DNA of 64,000 nucleotides from the IMG/VR virus record IMGVR_UViG_3300032675_000001, positions 296,684 to 360,683 of that record, one strand, 5' to 3'. Shown in pieces: positions 55,371 to 64,000 of the stretch. Positions within the stretch are counted from its first letter, which is position 1, and each line of letters starts with the position of its first letter. The notes beneath the pieces are model-generated. The model had not been told where the DNA came from, ran no database searches, and was given only the letters and a program-made list of their open reading frames with translations. A program made the translations under genes and the position numbers.

Positions 55371-55724
55371 TTATTTAGACTTTTTACTCGTAGTTGTGGC
55401 AGTTTGTTGCGCCTTGATTTGCTCAACTTCCGCCGAATCATCGTCATCAAAGCCAAGATCATCTGCAGTGAATTCTTCTTCCATCTGATCGGCAGCAGCA
55501 GGAGTTGCATTTTTTGCAACGTTATTGACTGCACGATTTGAAACAGTCTTCTGATATGCCTGTGATGCTCTTTGAGTTACGGGAACAATAATTTTTCCTT
55601 TTGCGTCAATCTGATCGCCTCTAGCGTTAACGCTCATGTTGCCCACTGCACGAGTGCGCTCATTTCTTGCTGCCAATGCAGCCATATCTAAGCTTTTTCC
55701 TTGTGCTGTTCTATATGATGCCAT
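55371..55724 (-). CDS. late hypothetical protein
   Basis: YRTAQGK.LDM..L...NE..RAVGNM.VNARGD; TAAATA 55745-55750. Confidence 0.75.
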   Translation of the reverse strand: MASYRTAQGKSLDMAALAARNERTRAVGNMSVNARGDQIDAKGKIIVPVTQRASQAYQKTVSNRAVNNVAKNATPAAADQMEEEFTADDLGFDDDDSAEVEQIKAQQTATTTSKKSK

Positions 55725-55765
55725 TGTAAATCTCCTTTACCTTGTATTTATGTTTTTGAAATTTG

Positions 55766-56272
55766 TTACTTCAAAAACTCATGTATGGAGAGGTCATAAT
55801 AGAGTGAGTTTATTTTGTGTATCCCGATTAGATATAGCACAAAACTACTGACACTGGAACCACGACCAACGCCCCATACGATGTTGTGCTTACGCATAGT
55901 GTCAACGAGATATTTAAGATACCTTAGGAGCATGAACATGTCGCGTTCTTGATAGAGCAAAAGTTCTTCCCCTGCTCTTTGTAATTCTGCTTCATCTGCA
56001 CATTGATCTAATACGAATTTTGCGATATCAAAGTCACGATATTCGTCAGGAATAAACCATCTGTTTCTTAGTTCTTCGTCAAACTCTTTAACAGTTTGTG
56101 AGCTTGGTTCATATTGTATTAGATGGGGAATTTTCTGCAAGTCTAGACCGACATCAAACTTAATCTGCTCTGCAACGAGAACATTCTTAAGTTCAATGTC
56201 GGGGTTGGTTAGATATAGATCACATAGGTCTTGCTCTGTGTATATCTGTTGACCAAACTTATCTGTAAGCAT
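55766..56272 (-). CDS. stand-alone fragment homologous to DNA polymerase III alpha (DnaE)
   Basis: R..EEL.....LVD......WGVGRGSSV.S.VLYLIG.H.I..L.Y.L...EFL. Confidence 0.8.
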   Translation of the reverse strand: MLTDKFGQQIYTEQDLCDLYLTNPDIELKNVLVAEQIKFDVGLDLQKIPHLIQYEPSSQTVKEFDEELRNRWFIPDEYRDFDIAKFVLDQCADEAELQRAGEELLLYQERDMFMLLRYLKYLVDTMRKHNIVWGVGRGSSVSSFVLYLIGIHKINSLYYDLSIHEFLK

Positions 56273-56274
56273 TC

Positions 56275-56556
56275 TTATACTATAACACGCTCTTCGTGAA
56301 TTGTCAAGCCATAAGCTTTTGCAATATGCATATGGTATTCAACTGCCTCTTCCCAATTGCGGTGACGAGCGATAACTTCGCTGTCTTCTTTGGTAAACAG
56401 ACAGCTTTCAAAATTATAATCTACAGGATGGTACAGCGTCCCATCAAGACACGACAGTTCCACAGTAGATAACCATTTCTGACTATCACGAAGGATATCA
56501 AACAGATCATCATTTTTACTGACGATTTGCCGCCTCTGTTGGATTTGGTAGGTCAT
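56275..56556 (-). CDS. hypothetical protein
   Basis: STV.L...FES..F......R...WEEA...H. Confidence 0.7.
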   Translation of the reverse strand: MTYQIQQRRQIVSKNDDLFDILRDSQKWLSTVELSCLDGTLYHPVDYNFESCLFTKEDSEVIARHRNWEEAVEYHMHIAKAYGLTIHEERVIV

Positions 56557-56954
56557 GACACTTCTTTCATTCGTTCTTTAGTGGTTACCCAGAACACGAG
56601 TTCATCAACTCGTGTGCCATTGACCCACCATTCTTTGATGCCATCTTCCCGCTCAATAGCAGGACCATCTTCCCGATGCCGTTTGCCATTCAGATACCAG
56701 TAATTGTCGCCGTTTTCATATTCAACAGCAGGGCCATCCTCGCGATGGAGATGTCCATTCAGATACCACCAATTGGTGCCATCTATCATTACAATAGCAG
56801 GGCCATCCTCGCGGTGAAGTTTGTCATTCAGATACCAGTAATTGTCGCCGTTTTCATATTCAACAGCAGGGCCATCCTCGCGATGGAGATGTCCATTCAG
56901 ATACCACTTCTTGATCCCATGTTTTATTATTTTCATTGTGGGTTGTTCAGACAT
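56553..56954 (-). CDS. WYLNG-HREDGPA repeat protein (MORN-like variant)
   Basis: four 23-aa repeats. Confidence 0.85.
   Translation of the reverse strand: MSEQPTMKIIKHGIKKWYLNGHLHREDGPAVEYENGDNYWYLNDKLHREDGPAIVMIDGTNWWYLNGHLHREDGPAVEYENGDNYWYLNGKRHREDGPAIEREDGIKEWWVNGTRVDELVFWVTTKERMKEVS
56687..56907. repeat. identical 83-bp direct repeats, period 138 bp
   Basis: 56687-56769 = 56825-56907. Confidence 0.9.
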
Positions 56955-57352
56955 CACGCCACCTCCACAAGATAAGCCTTGATAGAGCCATACTTGAGGC
57001 CCAGTTCATGTTCGAGGATTTCCCAACCATAGAACTTGAGTTCGTCGGTGGTGATACCTTCTGCATCAGCGATGATGTAGATGGCATCTTCGGTGGTGGT
57101 CTGAATCACGATATCACGAACTTCAAACACGCGGGCAAGGAAGCGATTCCAGTTCTTCTCTTTCTGCACGATTTCTTCTTCAATGATCTGATCAAGGCGA
57201 ACAGAAAGGCTCTGCACCTCAGCGTCAAACTCTTCCACCGACGCAAACGTGTGACCACGAGGACGAAAGCCGTATACGTCCTTGTAGAGGTCCGAATAGA
57301 TAGAACCGTCATGCGAGTTGGTCAGGCGATCAATGTCAGAGAGAGTAAGCAT
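56954..57352 (-). CDS. hypothetical early protein
   Basis: YSDLYKDVYGFRPRG; AAGGAG SD; TTGACA promoter ~57405. Confidence 0.75.
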   Translation of the reverse strand: MLTLSDIDRLTNSHDGSIYSDLYKDVYGFRPRGHTFASVEEFDAEVQSLSVRLDQIIEEEIVQKEKNWNRFLARVFEVRDIVIQTTTEDAIYIIADAEGITTDELKFYGWEILEHELGLKYGSIKAYLVEVA

Positions 57353-57419
57353 TTCAAATCTCCTTGTGTTCCGATGAATCACGTATAATCGGGAGAAATG
57401 CGTCTGTCAACAGCTATTT

Positions 57420-57971
57420 TTATTTTTTTGATTGCCACTGCAAATTTATATCAGACCATTTTACGTCACTGAAAAGCTTCACAACATTGTCGTTCTTGGG
57501 ACATTTCTTGTCATTGTCGCTTAAACAAATATTTGCACGGTTCCACCAATTTTTTCCATTAAACGTGCTTTCCGCGATTTCTGACACAATGCTGTATCTC
57601 ACACCTTCACTAAGTGATGAACCAAAAACCATGTCAGTGATCTTCATACGACCTTCCATGATGGCGTTTAGTTTTTGAAGCAGAATCATTCCTATGATCT
57701 GATCATATGGTTCTTCTGGAAGTTCACAAACTCTGATATTTGCAGACTTATATAGGTTGATCTGATCGGTAAGTTTGGAATCAACGAATACAGAACTCTG
57801 AATTACCTGATTAACATAATATATTAACCTCTCCATCGCTATGCTTTGTTCATAGGCGGATTCGGTTTCTATCAGTATGCTTAGCATCATGTCATACGTA
57901 TTGATGTGAAATTCATTCTCAAAGTGTATACCACACTGAAAATAGAAATCTTTCTCAATTCTTGTGTTCAT
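57420..57971 (-). CDS. hypothetical protein
   Basis: LPEEPYDQIIG..L..KLNAI.EGR. Confidence 0.75.
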   Translation of the reverse strand: MNTRIEKDFYFQCGIHFENEFHINTYDMMLSILIETESAYEQSIAMERLIYYVNQVIQSSVFVDSKLTDQINLYKSANIRVCELPEEPYDQIIGMILLQKLNAIMEGRMKITDMVFGSSLSEGVRYSIVSEIAESTFNGKNWWNRANICLSDNDKKCPKNDNVVKLFSDVKWSDINLQWQSKK

Positions 57972-58206
57972 TGTCCGACTGTATCTTGATTTTAGAATTC
58001 AAATTTTGCTTTTCAAACAGTTCATCCATCTTTTTACGATGTTGATTTTTATAGGTTTCCATGGCCATTTGAATTTGATGCATGAGAGGCCCATTCTGTG
58101 TTTTATAAGCAAATGTCAACTTGGCTGTAAGCTTGGTGATTACTTCTTGAAGTTCTTCCAATGTTTTAGTCTCAAGTTCCTTTTTGTTAATGAACGGATG
58201 TTCCAT
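57955..58206 (-). CDS. small coiled-coil protein
   Basis: start MEHPFI directly after upstream stop. Confidence 0.7.
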   Translation of the reverse strand: MEHPFINKKELETKTLEELQEVITKLTAKLTFAYKTQNGPLMHQIQMAMETYKNQHRKKMDELFEKQNLNSKIKIQSDNEHKN

Positions 58207-58210
58207 GGTA

Positions 58211-59239
58211 TTACCAAGTTTGCAATGGAATACGAGTCCAAATGTTGGAGCCGATATAATATGTAGCAGTTGCAGAGCCATTTGCAGTAGATAATGCGAA
58301 CACGCTTCCTGCGCTACCGCTTGAGCGAGTAGCACTTATTGTGATGTTTGGAGCCGCAGCATTGGACAGAACATAATAAACAGTGTTGGCAACCAAACCA
58401 CCAAATACGTTTCCAGTGAAAACGATTGGAGCATTATTTGCAAGATTGGTTGTGCTGCTTAATGTGATGAGATTTCCGGTAGCATATGTATTTGTTGCAG
58501 TCACTGCATAAGCAGTAGAGTTGTAACTTCCCGTGCAAACATAAATGTAGTTAGCATCAACTGCTACAGTGCCAGCAGTATCACCTTGTAGACCTGTTGG
58601 AGCAGGAGTGCGCTGCTGAACTTCTGTTGACTGGAATGGTCGGTTCAATGGCTCTACGAGAATGGTATTACCGCAGTCTAATGATGAAAACTTATATTCA
58701 AGCAGAGTTGTGTTTGCTGGTGCAGTTATCGTTGGATATCCGCCAACGTTAGCATAGTTTTCAAGAAGAGTAGTACCAAAGTTACTTCCAGTGTTGGAAA
58801 CACATGCTGTAGGCAACTGAATAGTTGCATTTGCAGTTGATACAGTCAAACGTAGAATGACATTGCTTTCAGTATTGGTAGGAGACCAGTTACCAAACTG
58901 AAGTATAGTATTTCCGGTAATCGCACCGTACTGAACATCAGCTTGATTTACGTTTACCAACACTGTTCCAGCCAATGAATTACCCAAGTTATATGATGTT
59001 GCCCTAAACCCACTGGTTGATGCATTGCTGATGAGAGTGTTTGCCATGTCATTGTTCAATGACGTATTATTCAATGCAGCTTTCACAACTACTTTGGTCT
59101 GTAAGTCAGTGATTTCTGTTGCCGCAGTGTTTAACTGTGCAGTAATCTGAGTGAAGTTATCTCTGAAACCCTGAGTGCTATTGTTCACTCCGGGAACAGG
59201 ATAATTGTTATTGATTCCGTTTGTATTGATCTGGCTCAT
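58211..59239 (-). CDS. virion structural (baseplate/tail-associated) protein
   Basis: YPVPG.NN.TQGFRDNF; G..G....D.NYIYVC; late promoter 59259-59264. Confidence 0.75.
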   Translation of the reverse strand: MSQINTNGINNNYPVPGVNNSTQGFRDNFTQITAQLNTAATEITDLQTKVVVKAALNNTSLNNDMANTLISNASTSGFRATSYNLGNSLAGTVLVNVNQADVQYGAITGNTILQFGNWSPTNTESNVILRLTVSTANATIQLPTACVSNTGSNFGTTLLENYANVGGYPTITAPANTTLLEYKFSSLDCGNTILVEPLNRPFQSTEVQQRTPAPTGLQGDTAGTVAVDANYIYVCTGSYNSTAYAVTATNTYATGNLITLSSTTNLANNAPIVFTGNVFGGLVANTVYYVLSNAAAPNITISATRSSGSAGSVFALSTANGSATATYYIGSNIWTRIPLQTW

Positions 59240-59289
59240 ATTTCTCTATTCCGTAATGTATTTAGTTTTCTCAACATTGGTGTTAAAAT

Positions 59290-62157
59290 TCACTGATCTA
59301 GCTGAGTTTGGTTAGGTAAAATAGTTTCCTGTGGGAACAAGACATAAAAATCATCAGAATCAACTGGAGATGGCGTAGGTGTGGCACTTGGTAATCCTGT
59401 CCATGCAGGAGGATTGACATTGCTATCATAATTATATGTAGTGCTCTTATCCACGCTAAATCTATCAATCTTAAAATTGATCATGTTTAGGGTCTGCAGT
59501 TCACCTACTGGATTTAGCCAATTGTTTTGAATCTGGTATTGAATATACTGCGCATAGCTTCCAGTAGTTCCATTTGGCAATGTAGTAGTTCCCGGTAAAC
59601 AATAAGCTATCACCCATGCTGGTGTAAATCCAAGCGTTGATCCATCTTTTTGTTGACTCGACATCCAAGCAGGGAGAATACCTATGGCATTCTGATCACC
59701 AAGGTAATTTTCTACCTGTTGTCTCATGTTTGACAAAGAATTGGGATATAAATTTTGTGCATAACCAGGTGTCAAACTTGTGTAATAATCTTTAGGATCG
59801 GTCCATGCCACAAATGACATGCTTCCAGTTGCATTTGTAAGAGTGACTGGCGTTCCATCTTCTGACATGGAGATAGTGAACTGAGTTCCATTTAAAATGC
59901 TCAGTACATAATATGTGGTGTTAGTATTGACTCCACCAAATGGCGTCCCATTAAAGATTATGTAGTCATTGACATTCAATCCTTCAGTAGAATCGCAAGT
60001 TATCAAGTTAGTAGATGAAAATGTTTGAGTGATCGTCCCATCCATGGTGTTTGTACCACCAATATAGCTTGAGAAAATGTCAACTTCCGAGGAATACCAT
60101 GGTCCTAGATTCAACGTAATAGGAAACGGCCATCGCACTTCTTTAGAAACACTGGTTCCATATGGAATAACATTGTTTGTTTGTGAATCTGTACTATAAC
60201 TACTATAGTTTTGATTAACATTTGAAGGGTTTACCAAATTGTCAATGACACGACTATACACTACTTCATAGATAATATTTCCATTGGAATCTCTTGCTAC
60301 AGCAGTGTCAATTTCACCAAGAGTAATGTTTCTCCAATAGTGATTTTCAGTTACTGCCGCAATATATTGATCCATGTTACTGGCGTTTATCCCATATGCA
60401 TGTTCATAAATCACATCAGTTGCTACACCGAAGTTTGGATCGTCGCCGCGATATATCATTGATGGTGGAATAAGATTGGTGTTTGTCAACAATGAATTTA
60501 TGAGGTTTCTATCAGAAGTGCTTGGTGTGCATTTAATATACAACGTGTCCGCAGGATGTGCATATTCTTGATATACAGTCAGGGTGAATGTTTGCTGAGA
60601 GTTAATAACTGGATATAATGGTGAATATGCTTCTGCTGTGAACGTGAAGACAGATGATTCACCTTGAGCCAGAAATTGATCAGTTGGTTGATATGGTATA
60701 TCTCCTATAATATCTCCGCTTTCAAGTAGTATCAGATTGGGTGGCAAAGAACCTTCTACCAATCTATATGAAAGATCAACATCGGATGTTGCGGATATAT
60801 TTAGAATGCTTGCAGTTCCATTATTTACTTGACCAAGATCAGCATCAGTTAGCCAAATGATATTTCCATTAATTGAATTTGCGACATTCATGGAGAAGTT
60901 GAATGTTGCTGATGCTATATTTGTATTATTAGTTTTAACTACAGAAACACTAAAGATGAACTGACCTATGCTACCATCAGCAATTATTGGTGTTCCAGTT
61001 ATCCATCCAGTTGTAGGGTCTCCGACAAGTCCCAGTGGCAAGTTGGAATACAAGTAAGTGAGTTGATTTCCATCAAAGTCATGGCCCAAAATTTTAAAAG
61101 CCACGAAATCATTACTCGTAAACTGAGTGATGTAGGCATATTGTGATGGTGCATATGTGTTGCCGTTTGAGTCTGGCGGTAATACATAATATCCAAACTC
61201 CTGAGGATTGCTACTTAAATTAAACGTTTCCGGTCTAGTATTGAATATTGTTGGTATTCTAGAATTTGGACCTAAACCAAGCCCACCTTGACTTACTGGT
61301 GTGTTTTGATTTATTACAGTAATGCTATACGTAACAATGTCATTTCCGAGCGGACTAACAAGTTTAAGAATGAACGAATAAGTTTGTATCGTGGGTGCAC
61401 CTTGATCAACTGGTGACAGTGTGGATGTCATATAACCAACGCCATCAGACAATATTGCGTTTTGACCTCCTGCTGTATACGAAATTGTAAAAGTGCTTTG
61501 ATCAATCACCGATGAGATGTAATATATTTGCCCTGCTCCAACTCCACCAAATACGTTTCCAGTAAATATGACAGGTCTTCCAACAGAAAACCCAGAAGTA
61601 CTTAGACAAATTAATGTGTTATTTGAAACTGCTACTACTCCCGTAACAACAGACGGTAAAGTAACATCTATAACAGGCGGTTGAGCATAGCCCCTGATGA
61701 TTCCTGCTTCGTTTATTTCTAATCCCGGTGGCAAACTTCCTTCAACTACAGTGATTATTACTTCATTGGTAGATACTGGATTATTGTAGGCTACTGGCAG
61801 TTCCACCCAAGTACTGTCATTAGTTGTGTATATATTACCAGAAGGAGCAACAAATGATGGTGCAGAAGCTCCCGAGACTACAAGATTGAATGTTATATCT
61901 TTGATATTTTGAAGATTATCGGTTGCTCTTACAACAAATGGATACGTTGTATTAAACGAAACAATTGTTGGTGAACCTTTAATCAAGCCGGAAGAAGTCA
62001 TGACTAAGCCAGGAGGCAAACTACCACTTATGATCGCATACGATACAGTTACTGCAGGCAATACCGCAGAAGCAGACAACTGAATTGGTTGTATTGCAGT
62101 CAATGCCGGAACAACTCCGAGTGATCCTGCTGGTGTATTCCAAACTGGCTGTGCCAT
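59290..62157 (-). CDS. large baseplate/tail protein with Ig-like (putative Ig) repeats
   Basis: repeated Y....GSLPPGL.....G.I.G.P; W.T..G.LG. Confidence 0.75.
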   Translation of the reverse strand: MAQPVWNTPAGSLGVVPALTAIQPIQLSASAVLPAVTVSYAIISGSLPPGLVMTSSGLIKGSPTIVSFNTTYPFVVRATDNLQNIKDITFNLVVSGASAPSFVAPSGNIYTTNDSTWVELPVAYNNPVSTNEVIITVVEGSLPPGLEINEAGIIRGYAQPPVIDVTLPSVVTGVVAVSNNTLICLSTSGFSVGRPVIFTGNVFGGVGAGQIYYISSVIDQSTFTISYTAGGQNAILSDGVGYMTSTLSPVDQGAPTIQTYSFILKLVSPLGNDIVTYSITVINQNTPVSQGGLGLGPNSRIPTIFNTRPETFNLSSNPQEFGYYVLPPDSNGNTYAPSQYAYITQFTSNDFVAFKILGHDFDGNQLTYLYSNLPLGLVGDPTTGWITGTPIIADGSIGQFIFSVSVVKTNNTNIASATFNFSMNVANSINGNIIWLTDADLGQVNNGTASILNISATSDVDLSYRLVEGSLPPNLILLESGDIIGDIPYQPTDQFLAQGESSVFTFTAEAYSPLYPVINSQQTFTLTVYQEYAHPADTLYIKCTPSTSDRNLINSLLTNTNLIPPSMIYRGDDPNFGVATDVIYEHAYGINASNMDQYIAAVTENHYWRNITLGEIDTAVARDSNGNIIYEVVYSRVIDNLVNPSNVNQNYSSYSTDSQTNNVIPYGTSVSKEVRWPFPITLNLGPWYSSEVDIFSSYIGGTNTMDGTITQTFSSTNLITCDSTEGLNVNDYIIFNGTPFGGVNTNTTYYVLSILNGTQFTISMSEDGTPVTLTNATGSMSFVAWTDPKDYYTSLTPGYAQNLYPNSLSNMRQQVENYLGDQNAIGILPAWMSSQQKDGSTLGFTPAWVIAYCLPGTTTLPNGTTGSYAQYIQYQIQNNWLNPVGELQTLNMINFKIDRFSVDKSTTYNYDSNVNPPAWTGLPSATPTPSPVDSDDFYVLFPQETILPNQTQLDQ

Positions 62158-62165
62158 ATTATTCC

Positions 62166-62792
62166 TTAACTATTATGAGTGATTGAACCAAGAGCAAGAA
62201 GATATAATCTCTTTCTATCTTCAATACCTATTGTACCACCATTAATGCGACGAGTTAACATTACGAAGTTGTCAGTATCACAATATGCATTAAGTTTATT
62301 TACATACCAGAACCAACCAGCAGAAGCTGTAGCTCCAGCAGCAGTTTCCATGTATGCAGCAGTATCTTCAACGGATTTGCCTATTGAGTTTGCAAAGCGA
62401 GTATAGTTGTCGCGACCTGTCAACTGGATAAGTCCACGACCATGAAACATCCATCCATCACCTGAAGCTTCATCACCATTGCCCATACGATTTGCATATA
62501 CGCGATTGGCGATCTTTTCTGGTTTACGCTCGTATTCCATAGCGAGGGACATTGATGGGAAATACTTGTGGAAGGTCTTCATCAATGAAGCAGCCTTGTA
62601 CTTCAAGTTTTCCTTGGTTGCGGTGAAACCTCCCGATTCGTGTGCAACCTGTGCAACAAATGCTGCCTCACGTTTTGGGTTTTCAAGCATGTCATAATGT
62701 TTAGCAACATCATTTAGTGGGTCTACGAACATTTGAAGTATTGCTTCATGAGTATGTGGACACATATGCTGTAGCAGTTCTAAAGTAATCAT
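62166..62792 (-). CDS. glycoside hydrolase family 19 endolysin
   Basis: AAF.AQ..HESGGF..ENL.Y; ANRVY..RMGNG; GRGLIQLTGR.NY; RRINGG..G..DR. Confidence 0.92.
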   Translation of the reverse strand: MITLELLQHMCPHTHEAILQMFVDPLNDVAKHYDMLENPKREAAFVAQVAHESGGFTATKENLKYKAASLMKTFHKYFPSMSLAMEYERKPEKIANRVYANRMGNGDEASGDGWMFHGRGLIQLTGRDNYTRFANSIGKSVEDTAAYMETAAGATASAGWFWYVNKLNAYCDTDNFVMLTRRINGGTIGIEDRKRLYLLALGSITHNS

Positions 62793-62803
62793 AATCTTTC
62801 CTC

Positions 62804-62959
62804 TTATGGACGGCCTTGACCGCGATATTTTTTATAACTAGCACGCTTTCTTTTGTTCATAGTGCTAAACTTAATGGAACCGAGTCCAATAGTTGTCTTT
62901 CCCTTATGGTTATTAGAGAAACTAATCTTGCCTGGTGCATTAGATGTTACTTTAGCCAT
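62804..62959 (-). CDS. small basic protein (51 aa)
   Basis: below cutoff; AAGGA SD; ends MNKRKRASYKKYRGQGRP. Confidence 0.7.
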   Translation of the reverse strand: MAKVTSNAPGKISFSNNHKGKTTIGLGSIKFSTMNKRKRASYKKYRGQGRP

Positions 62960-62972
62960 TTATATTCCTTCC

Positions 62973-64000
62973 TTAGCTATAAGTTGCGCCAACCGTGTAC
63001 CACTGGGTTGTTGTTGGTGCGATGAATTGTAAAGTTGCACTGTTGCCCGGTTGCGTAAATGCAGCATTTGTAGTCAACAGATTAATTGCTGCGCCCGATG
63101 CTGGGTAAACCGCAAGAGAATTCGCAGAAGTGTTGGTGATAGTGATTACCATACCCGGTATTGCTGTAGGGAGAATAACTCCATTTCCTGTATTTACAGT
63201 GCTCACAATGTTCATTTCTTTGGTAATTGCTGTTGCGGTTCCTTGTGTAGAGCCAGCAGCAGTAATTCCAGTACTTACTGAACGAATGTGGTAATTTGTA
63301 GCAACAAAATTATTAGCAGATACGTTTCCGGATGCTGTTACTGATGAGAATGTTCCTGTTACGTTTGCAGCATTGATGCCAGTCAAGTTTGCTGCTGAAA
63401 GTCCTGATGAGAATGTGGCCGACCAAGTTCCAGAGGTTATATTACCTACAGTTACTAAATTGCTAGCAGTTGTAATATTTGGCTGAGAAGCCGTATACAC
63501 TGTTCCAGAAACAAGCGCATTTCCAACTTGTCCAGATACGTTAGCACCCGGAATAGATGTAAGACCAGAACCAGAGCCGTAGAATGCACCAGTATTGGAA
63601 ATTACATTCGGCGCTGTTATATTACCACTTGAACCGAGAGAAGTTAGTGTGCCAACAGAAGTTACATTTGGCTGCGATGCAGTTGTTAATGTGCCAGTCA
63701 ACAGTGATGCGCCAATTGTTCCGGAGTTGGCATAAATGTTTGCACTTGTAGTAATATTACCAGAAGACACGAGTCCAGTTAATGTACCAACTGATGTGAT
63801 ATTAGGTTGAGCATTTGTTGTTACTGTTCCAGCAGTGGTTGCAGTTCCGGCGCTCGTTGCGTAAGTTGCGTTTGCTACATTTCCAGTGACGTTTGCGCCT
63901 GTAATAGAGCTAAGTGCTGCACCATTACCGAAGTGATTTGCAGTGACATTAGCACCAGAAATGTTACCTGTTACTGCAAGTGAAGTCAAAGTGCCAACTG
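62973..64000 (-). CDS. tail fibre-like protein, C-terminal part
   Basis: repeated QPNITSVGTL.SL...GNI motifs; Gly/Ser/Thr/Asn rich; starts outside window. Confidence 0.8.
   Translation of the reverse strand, partial: VGTLTSLAVTGNISGANVTANHFGNGAALSSITGANVTGNVANATYATSAGTATTAGTVTTNAQPNITSVGTLTGLVSSGNITTSANIYANSGTIGASLLTGTLTTASQPNVTSVGTLTSLGSSGNITAPNVISNTGAFYGSGSGLTSIPGANVSGQVGNALVSGTVYTASQPNITTASNLVTVGNITSGTWSATFSSGLSAANLTGINAANVTGTFSSVTASGNVSANNFVATNYHIRSVSTGITAAGSTQGTATAITKEMNIVSTVNTGNGVILPTAIPGMVITITNTSANSLAVYPASGAAINLLTTNAAFTQPGNSATLQFIAPTTTQWYTVGATYS

Noticed and set aside
56687-56907. Direct repeats as a DGR template/variable pair
   Set aside because: Copies are identical (no adenine-specific mismatches), lie in one ORF, and no reverse transcriptase is in the window.
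1-64000. Stop-codon reassignment, as in some jumbo phages
   Set aside because: Conserved genes are full-length in code 11, and TAA, TGA and TAG all terminate genes.
1-64000. tRNA, tmRNA or rRNA genes
   Set aside because: No cloverleaf or T-loop pattern seen by eye in the short intergenic gaps; tRNAscan-SE/Aragorn would be needed to exclude them formally.

Overview
A 64-kb segment of a large (jumbo-type, distantly T4-like) dsDNA phage genome, almost entirely coded on the minus strand in the standard genetic code. The host is probably alphaproteobacterial; the phage porin looks Sphingomonadales-like (inference). Left to right: (1) the 5' end of a DNA ligase missed by the ORF track. (2) A translationally coupled array of ~70-aa paralogues ending F-x-LRWS, whose stop/SD/start junction is a conserved DNA 15-mer. 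(3) Small early genes, including ArfA-like, Lar-like, Smr and PQ-loop proteins, plus RNase H, an MTase + PD-(D/E)xK nuclease pair, DenV, GGCT and GuaC. (4) Sliding clamp and family-B DNA polymerase. (5) An outer-membrane beta-barrel gene and an 8-gene late operon joining curli secretion (CsgF, CsgG, two curlin-repeat proteins) to a FecR protein and a CHASE2 adenylate cyclase. (6) A late cluster of probable capsid-packaged, protease-processed proteins with shared MRA.. N-termini (SleB hydrolase, two amidoligases, tandem GGCT-ParB, GNAT), next to Dps, a glycosyltransferase and a nucleotidyltransferase. (7) ClpA, DnaJ, GroES, PhoH, clamp loader and a stand-alone DnaE fragment. (8) Baseplate/tail genes and a GH19 endolysin. 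Five free-standing homing endonucleases are scattered through the window. Sigma70-type early promoters and TAAATA late promoters are readable, and many sit exactly where they would give leaderless mRNAs. All family calls come from motif recognition by eye; no database searches were run.
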